A stretch of DNA of 64,000 bases from Dehalococcoidia bacterium (GCA_030740155.1 JASLXV010000080.1:32001-96000), one strand, 5' to 3'. Shown: positions 53,169 to 62,649, counted from the first letter of the stretch. Made by a program: numbers and translations. Notes: generated from the letters alone by a model not told the origin.

Positions 53169-55244
53169 GCCGGCTGGAGATGTGGATAGCGCCGGGTTCT
53201 CCGTGGATAACCAGCCCCACTTCGTGGATGACTTCCTTACTAAGGCGTTGGGTTTCACTGGCTGAGCCTCTGTTCCTCTCACGGATGGGGCCAACCACCG
53301 GCCTAGGTGGAGGCGGGTGTAGAGCCGGAAGGGCAGCTTCAGCGAGGTCTGGTCCAGCATGAGCCGGACCAATATCTTACGCCGTAGCGGGCGGGCCGCC
53401 AGGCAAGCGACGGCGCCAAACCCCGGTATCAAGGACAGCGCCATGACCAGTGGATTGTGGATGTTGGATCCTCCCGCCGAAACCGGCGCCTTCCGGCCCC
53501 GGAGCCGCGCCAGCTGAATCTTTGCCCAAAAAGTCGCCGTCCAGCCCAGCCGTAGCAGGCTACCCAAGGGGAACCGGAAGATGGCGGTCAGGATCATGTG
53601 GGCTCCCAGGTGGCGCAAGGCTCCACCGACCTCAGGCGAAGCCAGGTAGGTGTTTAGCTCTTTCGCCTCGGACGGGGCCAGCCTCCCTTCGCTGCTCCAC
53701 CGGTCAATGCCGGCGCTGAGGAACGTCTGGGCGGCCTGCTCTCCGCCTTGCATGGCACGGGCCGTGGCCTGGTAGGCGCCCTTCCAGTTGAAAACACGGT
53801 ACACCAGGCTTGCGATCCTCCCCCAGATCCGCAGTTCCCCGCTCTTCCAGGACCGGATCGATGCTTCCAGCTTCTCCGCTGCTTCTCCCAGCTCGGCAAC
53901 CCCTTGGGCGCCGAGGCTGGCCGTCAAGGCCTCCGAGTTGGCGGCAACATAGCCGTGCAGCCTGGGGAGGTCCACATCGTCGAAAACGGGGAAGTTGCCT
54001 GCCTTCATCACGGAGAGCCGTTGCCCTTTGGGCAGGAACGGCGTGGCCAGGGAAGACTCGAGGTCGATGATCTTGTAATCGCCGCCGGCGGTGAGGATAA
54101 GGTTGGTGTGGGCGTGTGGGTTGTGAGGGTTCACCTGCCATACCGACAGCCCGGCTTCGGCGAAGGCCTCGGAAATCTGTCCCGGGAGTTCTTTCGCGGT
54201 ATCGTCGTTCTCAGCTTCCTTCCCAGCCACATACTGGGTGACGAATTCGAACTTGCCGTCCTGCTCGTTAACCGCCAGCACCGGCGAAACCATGTCGTTG
54301 CCAAACCGGTGTTTGGTAATCAGGCTGGCGACCTTCCGGCGGTATCCCGCGGCCTCCAGGGCCGCCCGGTTGCCGATGTAGGGGAACTTTGCCTGGAAGG
54401 CGAGCCAGTAGATTATCCGGACCACGGCCGGGGGCTTGTAAATCTTGGAGGCCGTCCCTTGCTTCGGGTTCAGCCAAACCAGGCTGGCGATGGAACTGGC
54501 CATCCGGGGGGCTTCGCTATCTTGAATCACCTGATCCGGCGCCTGATCCAGCGTGGAGGTCCGGGAGGCGACGAATCTCGTGCTCCGGGCGTAGATGTAG
54601 GCCGGGGCTAGGATGAGGAGCCAGATCGCGCCCAGCAGATAACCGGCGGCTACGTCGGTGGGCCGGTGAGACGATTCATGGACCCGGGCCGGGCCGACGA
54701 GGATGACCAGGGCGCCAAGAACCACCAGCATCGGAACCAGCAGTTTCATCTCCAGCCGGTGGTAAACCGCCAGGAAGGCCATGAAACCGAAGAACACCAT
54801 GCTGCCGAAAACGTGCCCGCTGGGGAAGGAGGGGGCCGTGCTGGCCGGCGCCGCCTCGGGCCTGCTGCGGTCCACGATTTCTCCCAGAGTGAAATCACCC
54901 ATTATCGAAACGAAGCCGATCGACATGGCTATTATTGTGAATACCACCGCCCCTCGGGTCTTCCCCAGGAGCAAGAGGACCGAGACCCCTACGAGCCCGT
55001 AGGCCATCCCTGCCTCGGCCCCCGTGAGGGCGGAAACCACCGAGAGCAACCCCGACAGACCGGGGATGCTCCAGCCGCTAACCCAGGCCAATACCGCCTG
55101 GTCCCGGGGGAGGAGCGCGTCATTGGTGACGTTGACGGTCAACCACGCTAGGAGGGCAGCCAGGAGGCCAACGGCGCTCATCCAAGCTACTACTCGTGGC
55201 CTGATGCTCGTTCTGGTTGAAACTTGTTGCGTCAGCGTAACCAT
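53010..55244 (-). CDS. PAP2 phosphatase family membrane protein with kinase-like and C-terminal TM domains (true 3' end probably about 53237)
   Basis: PAP2 motifs RSRP, SFPSGH and ARVHESSHRPTDV, then a domain with ASKIY, VTQYV and TNLIL..KIIDLE. The ORF runs through the DnaA boxes and into dnaA. Confidence 0.8.
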   Translation of the reverse strand: MVTLTQQVSTRTSIRPRVVAWMSAVGLLAALLAWLTVNVTNDALLPRDQAVLAWVSGWSIPGLSGLLSVVSALTGAEAGMAYGLVGVSVLLLLGKTRGAVVFTIIAMSIGFVSIMGDFTLGEIVDRSRPEAAPASTAPSFPSGHVFGSMVFFGFMAFLAVYHRLEMKLLVPMLVVLGALVILVGPARVHESSHRPTDVAAGYLLGAIWLLILAPAYIYARSTRFVASRTSTLDQAPDQVIQDSEAPRMASSIASLVWLNPKQGTASKIYKPPAVVRIIYWLAFQAKFPYIGNRAALEAAGYRRKVASLITKHRFGNDMVSPVLAVNEQDGKFEFVTQYVAGKEAENDDTAKELPGQISEAFAEAGLSVWQVNPHNPHAHTNLILTAGGDYKIIDLESSLATPFLPKGQRLSVMKAGNFPVFDDVDLPRLHGYVAANSEALTASLGAQGVAELGEAAEKLEASIRSWKSGELRIWGRIASLVYRVFNWKGAYQATARAMQGGEQAAQTFLSAGIDRWSSEGRLAPSEAKELNTYLASPEVGGALRHLGAHMILTAIFRFPLGSLLRLGWTATFWAKIQLARLRGRKAPVSAGGSNIHNPLVMALSLIPGFGAVACLAARPLRRKILVRLMLDQTSLKLPFRLYTRLHLGRWLAPSVRGTEAQPVKPNALVRKSSTKWGWLSTENPALSTSPAGLSTGGHRKNGLFDYENMLPQLTVFVDPAVNLACTVDNRGVVAAAQQTSNLGG
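53160..53231. promoter_or_regulatory. DnaA-box array (candidate oriC element) immediately after dnaA
   Basis: AGTCGATAA (53160), TGTGGATAG (53181), CGTGGATAA (53202) and CGTGGATGA (53223), exactly 21 bp apart. An opposite-orientation TTATCCACG lies at 53059. Confidence 0.7.
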
Positions 55245-55506
55245 TTCACTTGCTCCCTGCCCGGTGTCTGGGATCTACGATCTCATTGGTGGAACGTTGG
55301 AACCCACATTATACCTAATACCTATGGTAGGGCAGCTATCCGGCGTTGCCATCGCCCAGGCCACTGATTCTGGGCGGGACGAGCGGACGAACATTCCGTC
55401 GGTCAGTTGGCTGACGTACCCATCGGCCGTTGGTATTAGTCCGGTGCGCCACCTGGCCTACCCGCGACCGCTTGGGCCGAAGGCGCGGGCGGGTTTTGGG
55501 CCGCGG

Positions 55507-55977
55507 CTATACCCCGCCGAAGGCGTCGTAGAACGCTCCCACCAGCACGCCGAAGAGCAGGTGGAGCATGAAGAAGCCCATGACCGTGGCGCGGGGATAA
55601 TTCATGGCAAACATTCCAGGCGCTTGAACCGCTCCCGACCGGACCCCCAGGTGCATTATGGGCATCATTCCCATGCCCATGCCGGCAACCACAGAATGCA
55701 CGAACCCGAACAGCAACCCCCACGCGGCCAATGAGGACTCCAAGTCGAAGGCCTGGTAGATGCCTACATGGGCGAAAGCGAAGGCAACGCTCATGACGGC
55801 GTGGATCATTGCTCCGGCCCCGTAGACCATGACCTTTTCCCGGAACATCATCGTGCCGAGAAGATTGAAGATGTTCATCTTCATCTGGTTCGGCATCATG
55901 GCGATGCCCATGTAGAGGACCGCGGCCATGATAGAGCCACTCAGCGCACCCGCTCCGATCGTTGCTGGAATATCCAT
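55507..55977 (-). CDS. Met/His-rich four-TM membrane protein of unknown function
   Basis: ATG 55977 after GGAGG; four hydrophobic helices with intramembrane His (MIH, FAH, FVH, MLH). Confidence 0.75.
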   Translation of the reverse strand: MDIPATIGAGALSGSIMAAVLYMGIAMMPNQMKMNIFNLLGTMMFREKVMVYGAGAMIHAVMSVAFAFAHVGIYQAFDLESSLAAWGLLFGFVHSVVAGMGMGMMPIMHLGVRSGAVQAPGMFAMNYPRATVMGFFMLHLLFGVLVGAFYDAFGGV

Positions 55978-56116
55978 GTTTCCTCCCTGTCCAACGTTAT
56001 GCGTACTTTCTCCACGGTTAGATGCCGCCAGATGAGAGGGTGATGCGACGGGCCGCGTTGGAGCTTGCGCCGCGACCTTCTCGGCCAAGGGCCACGGATA
56101 GCAATTCTGTCGTACA

Positions 56117-56608
56117 ATGATGGAACGAGTGGACGTTTCGATGCTAATCAAGCGGTCCGTGGCGCTGGCGGTGGCCCAGCCGGGCGAGCCCCGGAAAGTC
56201 CTGCTGGTGTGCCGCCCCGAGGACGACGAAGAGCTGCCCGGCATGTTGGGCCTGCCCGCCGCGTCATGCCGCACCGGCGAGTCCCACGAGGCGGCGGCCC
56301 GGCGGATCGGGCCGCAAAAGCTCGGCACGGGGATCACTCTGGGAGAGCGCCTGGCCACCGGCACCCAGGTCCGGGCCGGCTACACCCTGGAGATGTCCCT
56401 CTACTCGGCGACGCTGAACCAAGCCGCGCCCAGTTTGCGCTCGGGCCGGGGAACGAGCCAGGCAGTTACCCGGTATGTGGCCTGGCGCTGGGGCGACCCA
56501 TCGGAGTTGGCGGATTCGGCGCGCCGGGGTTCTCTGTGCTGCCGGCTTCTATTGGAAACCCTGCCACCGGCCCAGAACGGTCCCGGCGGGCCACCGCTAT
56601 TCAGGTAA
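56117..56608 (+). CDS. NUDIX-fold protein with a degenerate Nudix box
   Basis: VLLVCRP..LGLPAASCRTGESHEAAARRIG..KLG; W-rich C-terminal WRW. Confidence 0.7.
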   Translation: MMERVDVSMLIKRSVALAVAQPGEPRKVLLVCRPEDDEELPGMLGLPAASCRTGESHEAAARRIGPQKLGTGITLGERLATGTQVRAGYTLEMSLYSATLNQAAPSLRSGRGTSQAVTRYVAWRWGDPSELADSARRGSLCCRLLLETLPPAQNGPGGPPLFR

Positions 56609-56617
56609 GATAGGCCC

Positions 56618-57793
56618 ATGAAGACCCACGTAATCGTCAAGACCCACGAGTTGGCCCTGAAAGGCAAGAACCGGCCCTGGTTCATGCGGAAGCTGGTGGA
56701 CAACCTCCGCAAGGCCACTCAAGGCACCGAGGTCCAAGCCGTGTGGCAGGGCCACATGCTGGCCGGTCTTACCCTGGCGGATGAGGCCGCCTGGCCTGCC
56801 GTGGCGGAGCGGGTGAAGGACTGCTTCGGCGTCGCCAAGTTCTTCATGGCCTACGAAGTCCCGCCCAGCCTCGACAGTGTCATGGAGGCGCTGCCTGCTC
56901 TGCTGGAGGGCCGCTCCTTCGAGTCCTTCCGCATCACAGCCAACCGGGCCGACAAGCGGTTCCCGGTCAATTCCGAACAGATCAACCGTGATCTGGGAAC
57001 CTTTGTCAAAGATCTCTCGGGGGCCAGGGTGGACTTGACCAACCCGGGCCTTGAGATATTCCTGGACGTGCAGCCCAAGGGGATCCTCCTCTATTTCCAC
57101 GCGGTGGCCGGCTACGGGGGGCTGCCGGTGGGCGTCAGCGGCGACGTGATGACGATGCTCTCCGGCGGCATCGACTCCCCGGTCGCCGCCTGGCAAATGA
57201 TGAAACGAGGATGCCGGGCCCACTTTGTCCACTTCCACAGCTACCCTCTGGTGGATATGTCGTCGATGGAAAAGGTGGATGAGCTGGTGCAACTCCTGAC
57301 CCGGCACCAGTACGGTTCCAGCCTCTTCCTGGTTCCTTTGGCGGAGATTCAGAAGCAGATCATCGTGGCCACGCCCCCGGCCTACCGGGTGATAATGTAT
57401 CGTAGGTTCATGGTGCGGATCGCCGAGGCCCTGGCCCTTCGCCACGGAGCCAAGGCGATCGTGACAGGGGAAAGCTGCGGCCAGGTCAGCTCGCAGACCC
57501 TGGACAATATCGGGGTAATCGACCGGGCGGTCGAGATGACCATCCTGCGCCCGTTAGTGGGGTTCAACAAAGAGGAGATCGTCACCGTCGCCCGCGGCAT
57601 CGGGACGTTCCCCATTTCAATCCAGCCGGACCAGGATTGCTGCAGCCTATTCGTGCCCAAGCACCCGGAGACCCGCGCCAAGCTGGAGAACGTGTGCCGG
57701 CTGGAAGGCCCTCTGGCGGTGGATGACCTGGTGCAAGACGCCCTGGCGAGGACCGAGAGGAAGGAGTTCACCGCCTTCGAGATAGCCGGGTAG
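56618..57793 (+). CDS. thiI: tRNA 4-thiouridine synthase ThiI (no rhodanese domain)
   Basis: HELALKGKNR, THUMP domain, GGLPVG, SGGIDS, GQVSSQTLDN and DCC. Confidence 0.95.
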   Translation: MKTHVIVKTHELALKGKNRPWFMRKLVDNLRKATQGTEVQAVWQGHMLAGLTLADEAAWPAVAERVKDCFGVAKFFMAYEVPPSLDSVMEALPALLEGRSFESFRITANRADKRFPVNSEQINRDLGTFVKDLSGARVDLTNPGLEIFLDVQPKGILLYFHAVAGYGGLPVGVSGDVMTMLSGGIDSPVAAWQMMKRGCRAHFVHFHSYPLVDMSSMEKVDELVQLLTRHQYGSSLFLVPLAEIQKQIIVATPPAYRVIMYRRFMVRIAEALALRHGAKAIVTGESCGQVSSQTLDNIGVIDRAVEMTILRPLVGFNKEEIVTVARGIGTFPISIQPDQDCCSLFVPKHPETRAKLENVCRLEGPLAVDDLVQDALARTERKEFTAFEIAG

Positions 57794-57860
57794 GCGCCTG
57801 GAGTGCTACCCCGCAAATAGCTCAACACCGGCGATATTCCGCATCCTTCCCTCCCCTCCA

Positions 57861-57936
57861 CCGTCATTCCGGCCCTTCCGTGGAAGGGGAATCCAGAAAA
57901 GCGTCGACTGGCTCCCCACCTTCGCCGGGAAGACGG
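57861..57936. repeat. 76-bp REP-doublet/MITE-like element, copy 2
   Basis: Inverted-orientation homologue of 13262-13337. Confidence 0.8.
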
Positions 57937-58144
57937 GCCAGTTATCAAGCAATCCGCCAGATACGAGGCTAGCGGCTACCCGCCATTGCGGCCGTGGTAC
58001 TATGCACCTGGCGCATCAACCAGCTGCGCCGGCGGTCTTGCCGGGCGGCCAACCGGGGTCAACCGCTCAGCAAGTTCGTCTGCAAGCGAATTCGTCCAGG
58101 GCCATCACCCCCGAAAAAGGCGCTCAACAAGGGCATTGGAAATC

Positions 58145-59233
58145 ATGGCGCGAATCTCGGGTCCCACGGTCGAAGAACCCTGGCCGGCGGTTACCGCCGC
58201 CGACCGGCGACGCCTGCTGGCCGGTCTGCTGCGGGAGGTTTCCCGGACCTTCTACCTCACGCTACGGGTACTACCCTCAAGCTTGCGCGAGCCCGTCGGC
58301 TTGGCCTATCTGCTGGCCAGGGCCGCCGACACGGTGGCCGACACGCGGCTGATATCACCGGGCGACCGCCTGGGCCATCTTCTGGGGTTCCGCGACCAGG
58401 TCAAGGGGCCGGCCCGGCTGGAAGACCTGCGGAGATTGGAGCAGGCGCTGACTGAAATGCAGTCGAGCCCGGCGGAGCGGGAGCTGCTGACCCGACTGCC
58501 CTCGGCCTTTTCGATGCTGGAAGCGTCGCCGGAGCCGGACCGGGCCCTGGTCCGTTCCGTGGTGGTGGCCCTCACCCGCGGCATGGAGACCGACCTGACC
58601 ACCTTTCCGGCGGAGGATTCCGGCCGGATCGCGGCCCTTGCTGATGACGCGGCCCTGGACCGTTACACCTATGACGTGGCCGGCTGCGTGGGCGAGTTCT
58701 GGACCGCGATCACTATGGCCCACGTTCCGGCGCTCAAGACCTGGGACGGCGAGGGGATGGCCCGGACCGGCGTGTCATTCGGCAAGGCGCTCCAGCTGAC
58801 CAACGTTCTCCGGGACGTGCCCAAGGACCTGCGTATCGGGCGCTGCTACCTGCCCCAATCCAGTCTGTCCGGCCTGGGCTTATCTCTGGAGGAGCTGTTG
58901 GACCCGTCCAGCGGCGTCACGGCTCGTCCGGTCCTGGTGGCGTGGATCGAGACGGCACTGGGGCATTACGCTGCCGCCGAGGAGTATCTGCTGGCCATCC
59001 CCCGCCGGTGCGTGCGGCTCCGTCTCGCGGTCCTCTGGCCGGTCCTCATCGGACTGGCGACCCTGGCCCAGCTGGCCCGAAACCGGCAGTGGCTCGACCC
59101 GGACCACCCGTCTCGGGTCAGCCGCCGGTGGGTGTACCGGACCATGGCCGTCTCCTGGCCCGCCTCCCCCTCCAACCGGCTCCTACGAGCCTGGATCGCG
59201 CACCTGCGCAGACAGGTGGAGGCGGCTCTCTAG
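58145..59233 (+). CDS. Squalene/phytoene synthase family protein
   Basis: VSRTF, ARAADTVAD, YTYDVAGCVGEF and LQLTNVLRDVPKDLRIGRCYLP. Confidence 0.9.
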   Translation: MARISGPTVEEPWPAVTAADRRRLLAGLLREVSRTFYLTLRVLPSSLREPVGLAYLLARAADTVADTRLISPGDRLGHLLGFRDQVKGPARLEDLRRLEQALTEMQSSPAERELLTRLPSAFSMLEASPEPDRALVRSVVVALTRGMETDLTTFPAEDSGRIAALADDAALDRYTYDVAGCVGEFWTAITMAHVPALKTWDGEGMARTGVSFGKALQLTNVLRDVPKDLRIGRCYLPQSSLSGLGLSLEELLDPSSGVTARPVLVAWIETALGHYAAAEEYLLAIPRRCVRLRLAVLWPVLIGLATLAQLARNRQWLDPDHPSRVSRRWVYRTMAVSWPASPSNRLLRAWIAHLRRQVEAAL

Positions 59234-59316
59234 TCAGGTTGCCGTCGACTAATTATCGCTGTCTGCCAACATTGAAGGAGAAACCGGGTTGGTCCGAACA
59301 CCCAGCTCCTGCCGCC

Positions 59317-60120
59317 TTACATGACGGCTTGCTCTTCCGCTGGGATGTCGGTTATGAACATGCGGCTGGGATAGTGGGTGATCATCAGGTCCGGCTTGCT
59401 CTCCCTGACCAGCGTCTGTAGCGTCACGCCGCAGGCCCAGAACACCGGCACCTCTCCGGGCAGCAGCTTGGGACCTACCGCCCACTCCGATTTCGACATG
59501 TCGTCGATGCCGAGGGCCGCGGGATCTCCGATGTGAATCGGGGCGCCGTGATGGCCGGGAAAGCGGGAGGATACCTGCACCGCCCGGGACACCTGGTGGT
59601 TGGGTATCGGGCGCATGGTGACAACCAGCGGCCCGTGGAAGATACCGGCGGGGGTAGTGGGGATATTCGTGAGGTAGATGCCCGACCCCGTTTCCTCTCC
59701 CTGGCGCCACCGGGGCACGATTCCCGCCCCCTCCAGTGCGGCCTCGAAGGTGCCGCTGCACCCCATGAGGAAGGTCACCAGATCATCCCGCCAGTGTTGG
59801 GTGAGGTCCGATGGCTCGTCCACCACCTCGCCCTTGACCATGACACGATACCGGGCCACGTCGGTACGGATGTCGGCGCCGGGGGCCAGGTCGGAGACTA
59901 TCGGGTCTCCCGGGTCCAGGACCTCCAGCAGGGGGCAAGGCTTTGGGTTACGCTGGCAGAAGAGGAGAAAGTCGAAGGCCTGGTCCCGAGGCATGATGGC
60001 AATCGCCGCGTTGGTGAAACCAAGGCAGAGGCCGCTGGTGCGGTCGGTCCACTTGCCTTCCCGGAATATTTGGCGGGCTTCCACGGGAATGGTTGGCATG
60101 TCCTGGCGCGTCAATAACAT
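59317..60120 (-). CDS. DUF1445 / D-glutamate cyclase-like putative hydro-lyase
   Basis: FCQRNPKPCPLL, DIRTD, GCS, VVTMRP, HGAPIHIG and VFWACGVT. Confidence 0.9.
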   Translation of the reverse strand: MLLTRQDMPTIPVEARQIFREGKWTDRTSGLCLGFTNAAIAIMPRDQAFDFLLFCQRNPKPCPLLEVLDPGDPIVSDLAPGADIRTDVARYRVMVKGEVVDEPSDLTQHWRDDLVTFLMGCSGTFEAALEGAGIVPRWRQGEETGSGIYLTNIPTTPAGIFHGPLVVTMRPIPNHQVSRAVQVSSRFPGHHGAPIHIGDPAALGIDDMSKSEWAVGPKLLPGEVPVFWACGVTLQTLVRESKPDLMITHYPSRMFITDIPAEEQAVM

Positions 60121-60276
60121 TTCACTTCCCTCACTATGGTGTGGTTCAAGCATACACCGGGGACCGGCCCGGTACAATTTCCCTTCTCCCGGGTCTCCGA
60201 TCCCACGATGCGCCCTACACTCGCCGGAGGACGGAGGCTTCTCCCCCGGCGGCTTCTCCTGAAGTACCTCGCGTTG

Positions 60277-61323
60277 CTATTTGCTGTGCGATAGGTCGAT
60301 CTTGCGGGTGCGAATCTTGAACGCGCCCGCATCGGTGACGGCGCTGTTGCGCCCTCCGGTGCCGCCGCCCATGATGACGAGAATATTCTCCGGGTCCGTC
60401 GCGCAGCGCATTATGCGTTCATCATCGCCGGGTTGCTCCGGACCCTGGGTGGACCCCAGACGAATCAGCTGCGCCCGGGTGCGGGTCGCGTGCTCCATCA
60501 TGTATTCCTGGATGCCCCGGCGGGACCATCCGTCCCCTTGCAGCGTCAGTGCGTGCTCCGGGCCGAAGACCATCAACCACTGGGCGGGGAAGCGCCCGGC
60601 CAGGGATGTAGACCTCAAAGTATCGGCCAGGGAAGCCAGGATCCCCGCTCCGGTATTGCTGAACGGGTTGGTCACGGTAATGGGGGAGTTGTGTGAAACC
60701 GCCACGGTGACGCAGCTGTCCTCGGCCTGAAAACCACGGCTCACGTGGAGAGGCTCCCAGGGCGAGTCCTCCTCGTTTTCCGCGATGCAGAAGGTGTACT
60801 TGCTGGGATTGCCCAGGGTCCCCCGGTCCAGCGTGCCGGGACGGGCGTCGAAGCCGTTCATGAAACAGAGCCGGATGGCCCGGCCCAGGCAGGCGTTGGC
60901 CCGGAATCCGGGACCGAAAAGGCCGTCTCTGAAGTTGACGCCGATCTGGTGCCGGATGGGGCCGTTGACGAGCATCAGGATGGCGGGAGAGCTGGTGGAG
61001 GCCGAAGCCATGTGGACTTCGTTCTTCTCCTCTTCGAGGGTCCGCAGCGTGGTCACCAGGATGGGGAAATACTCCGGAAGGCATCCGGCCATGACGGCGT
61101 TGGCGGCCGCGTTCTCCGAGGTCAGCACCCGCCGCCGCATCTCCACCGACAGCAGCTCCTCCTCGCCGGTCATCCCGACGTGTTCCAGCATCTCCCGGAC
61201 CTTGTAATCGACCGGCGGGACGACCGGCAGCCCGTCGCTCCAGCCCAGCCGGTAACACTCTTCAATCGCCTCGATGGTGTCGCTGGCCTCGACCAGCTTG
61301 GACCTTTCAAACTCCATGGCCAT
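60277..61323 (-). CDS. Uncharacterised protein of the family usually encoded next to UGSC (seleno)proteins
   Basis: GWSDGLPVVPP, ANAVMAGCLPEY, RANACLGRA and ENEEDSPWEPLHVSRG. Family link is from recollection. Confidence 0.75.
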   Translation of the reverse strand: MAMEFERSKLVEASDTIEAIEECYRLGWSDGLPVVPPVDYKVREMLEHVGMTGEEELLSVEMRRRVLTSENAAANAVMAGCLPEYFPILVTTLRTLEEEKNEVHMASASTSSPAILMLVNGPIRHQIGVNFRDGLFGPGFRANACLGRAIRLCFMNGFDARPGTLDRGTLGNPSKYTFCIAENEEDSPWEPLHVSRGFQAEDSCVTVAVSHNSPITVTNPFSNTGAGILASLADTLRSTSLAGRFPAQWLMVFGPEHALTLQGDGWSRRGIQEYMMEHATRTRAQLIRLGSTQGPEQPGDDERIMRCATDPENILVIMGGGTGGRNSAVTDAGAFKIRTRKIDLSHSK

Positions 61324-61608
61324 AACTTCAAACCTCCAATTTGCCTGCCGGTTCTGTGTTCCTCGATCTGGCGCTGGCCTCAAGAAGCCCACGGAAACGG
61401 GATTAGGGCTACAATAACATAGGATGCTCTGGCTTCAGCCCAGTATACTGGATTGGGAACGCGCCCGTGACCGGCTCAGGTAGCAGGGTGTGTGAGTAGG
61501 AGGGCCGGCCCGCGCATGCTCCCTCCAGCAACGGAGCAGAGGGGATTTGGGGTGAGAGGAGAATGGATGGAGTCTGCACTGCCGGTTGCGGGAGCAGCCT
61601 CGATTCAG

Positions 61609-62577
61609 ATGGTTCGTTCGAGAGGCGCCGGACCCACCGTCCGGGCTCGCCGCTCTGGTACGAAGCTCACCCATTCGCGGCCTCTGTGCTGGCTCATCGG
61701 GCTGCTGCTGCTCACCGTTGTCATCTCCGCATGTGGCGGCGACTTCTCCCTTCCGACCGCGCCGCCTCCGGCGCCCGCTGAGGCGGTGGTTCAGATGGGT
61801 GGGGAGGTCCGTCCTCTAGCCGAGATAGTGGTATCGGGACCGGAATTTACGAACCTCCAACCCGATTCCGTGACAGTCGCGTTGGAAACCAGCATTCCGG
61901 TTGCTTGCAGCGTGGTCTACGGCACGACGAACGAGTACGGGCAAATAGCCGTTGATACTGACATGGCCGGCTCAGGCCACGACGATCACCATCCGGTTAT
62001 GTTCCCCCTGGAGTCGGACACGACCTATTACCTAAGGTTTCAAGGGACCGGACCCGACGGCACCCTCTACCGGAGCGAGGAGTACACCGTACGCACGCCG
62101 GCGGCCTCGAATGTGAAGGCGCCCGAAAAGCCCGGCGGAAAGAACCTGGCATTGGCGGCCAATGGTGGATCGATCTCGAGTGTCAGCAGCAATTTTGGCG
62201 GTGGAGGCGACGGCTCATCCTTCGGCGCCAATAACGCCATCGACGGCAACCTGGGCTCGGAGTGGTCGTCTCAGGGCGATGGCGACGATGCCTGGATCGA
62301 GATTGAGCTGGCCGAAGAGGCAGAAGTGTCGGCAGTCGGTTTTCGGACCCGCACCATGGGCGCCAGCGCGCAGATATTCACCTTTCGAATCGTCGCGGAT
62401 GGGAAGGACACCCCCGGACCGTTCGAACTCCCCGCCTCGAGTAGTATCTACTACTTCCCCGTCACGATAGTGGCGAGCCGGTTGAGGTTCAAGGCGGTCA
62501 AAACCAGCGGGGGCAATACCGGAGCCGTTGAGATTGAAATCTACGGCGAGTTCACGTCGGCCTTGAACGGAATGTAG
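61609..62577 (+). CDS. Lipoprotein with FN3-like and discoidin/F5-8-type domains; start uncertain
   Basis: Lipobox VISAC, VVYGTTNEYG..LESDTTYYLR, NAIDGN..EWSS..WIEIEL and VEIEIYG. Confidence 0.75.
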   Translation: MVRSRGAGPTVRARRSGTKLTHSRPLCWLIGLLLLTVVISACGGDFSLPTAPPPAPAEAVVQMGGEVRPLAEIVVSGPEFTNLQPDSVTVALETSIPVACSVVYGTTNEYGQIAVDTDMAGSGHDDHHPVMFPLESDTTYYLRFQGTGPDGTLYRSEEYTVRTPAASNVKAPEKPGGKNLALAANGGSISSVSSNFGGGGDGSSFGANNAIDGNLGSEWSSQGDGDDAWIEIELAEEAEVSAVGFRTRTMGASAQIFTFRIVADGKDTPGPFELPASSSIYYFPVTIVASRLRFKAVKTSGGNTGAVEIEIYGEFTSALNGM

Positions 62578-62649
62578 CCCGGTTCGCCGGGGCCGCTCCA
62601 GGCCGAACGAGCCGTGGCCGGAGGAAACCACGGGACGGCGCCGCTGCCT

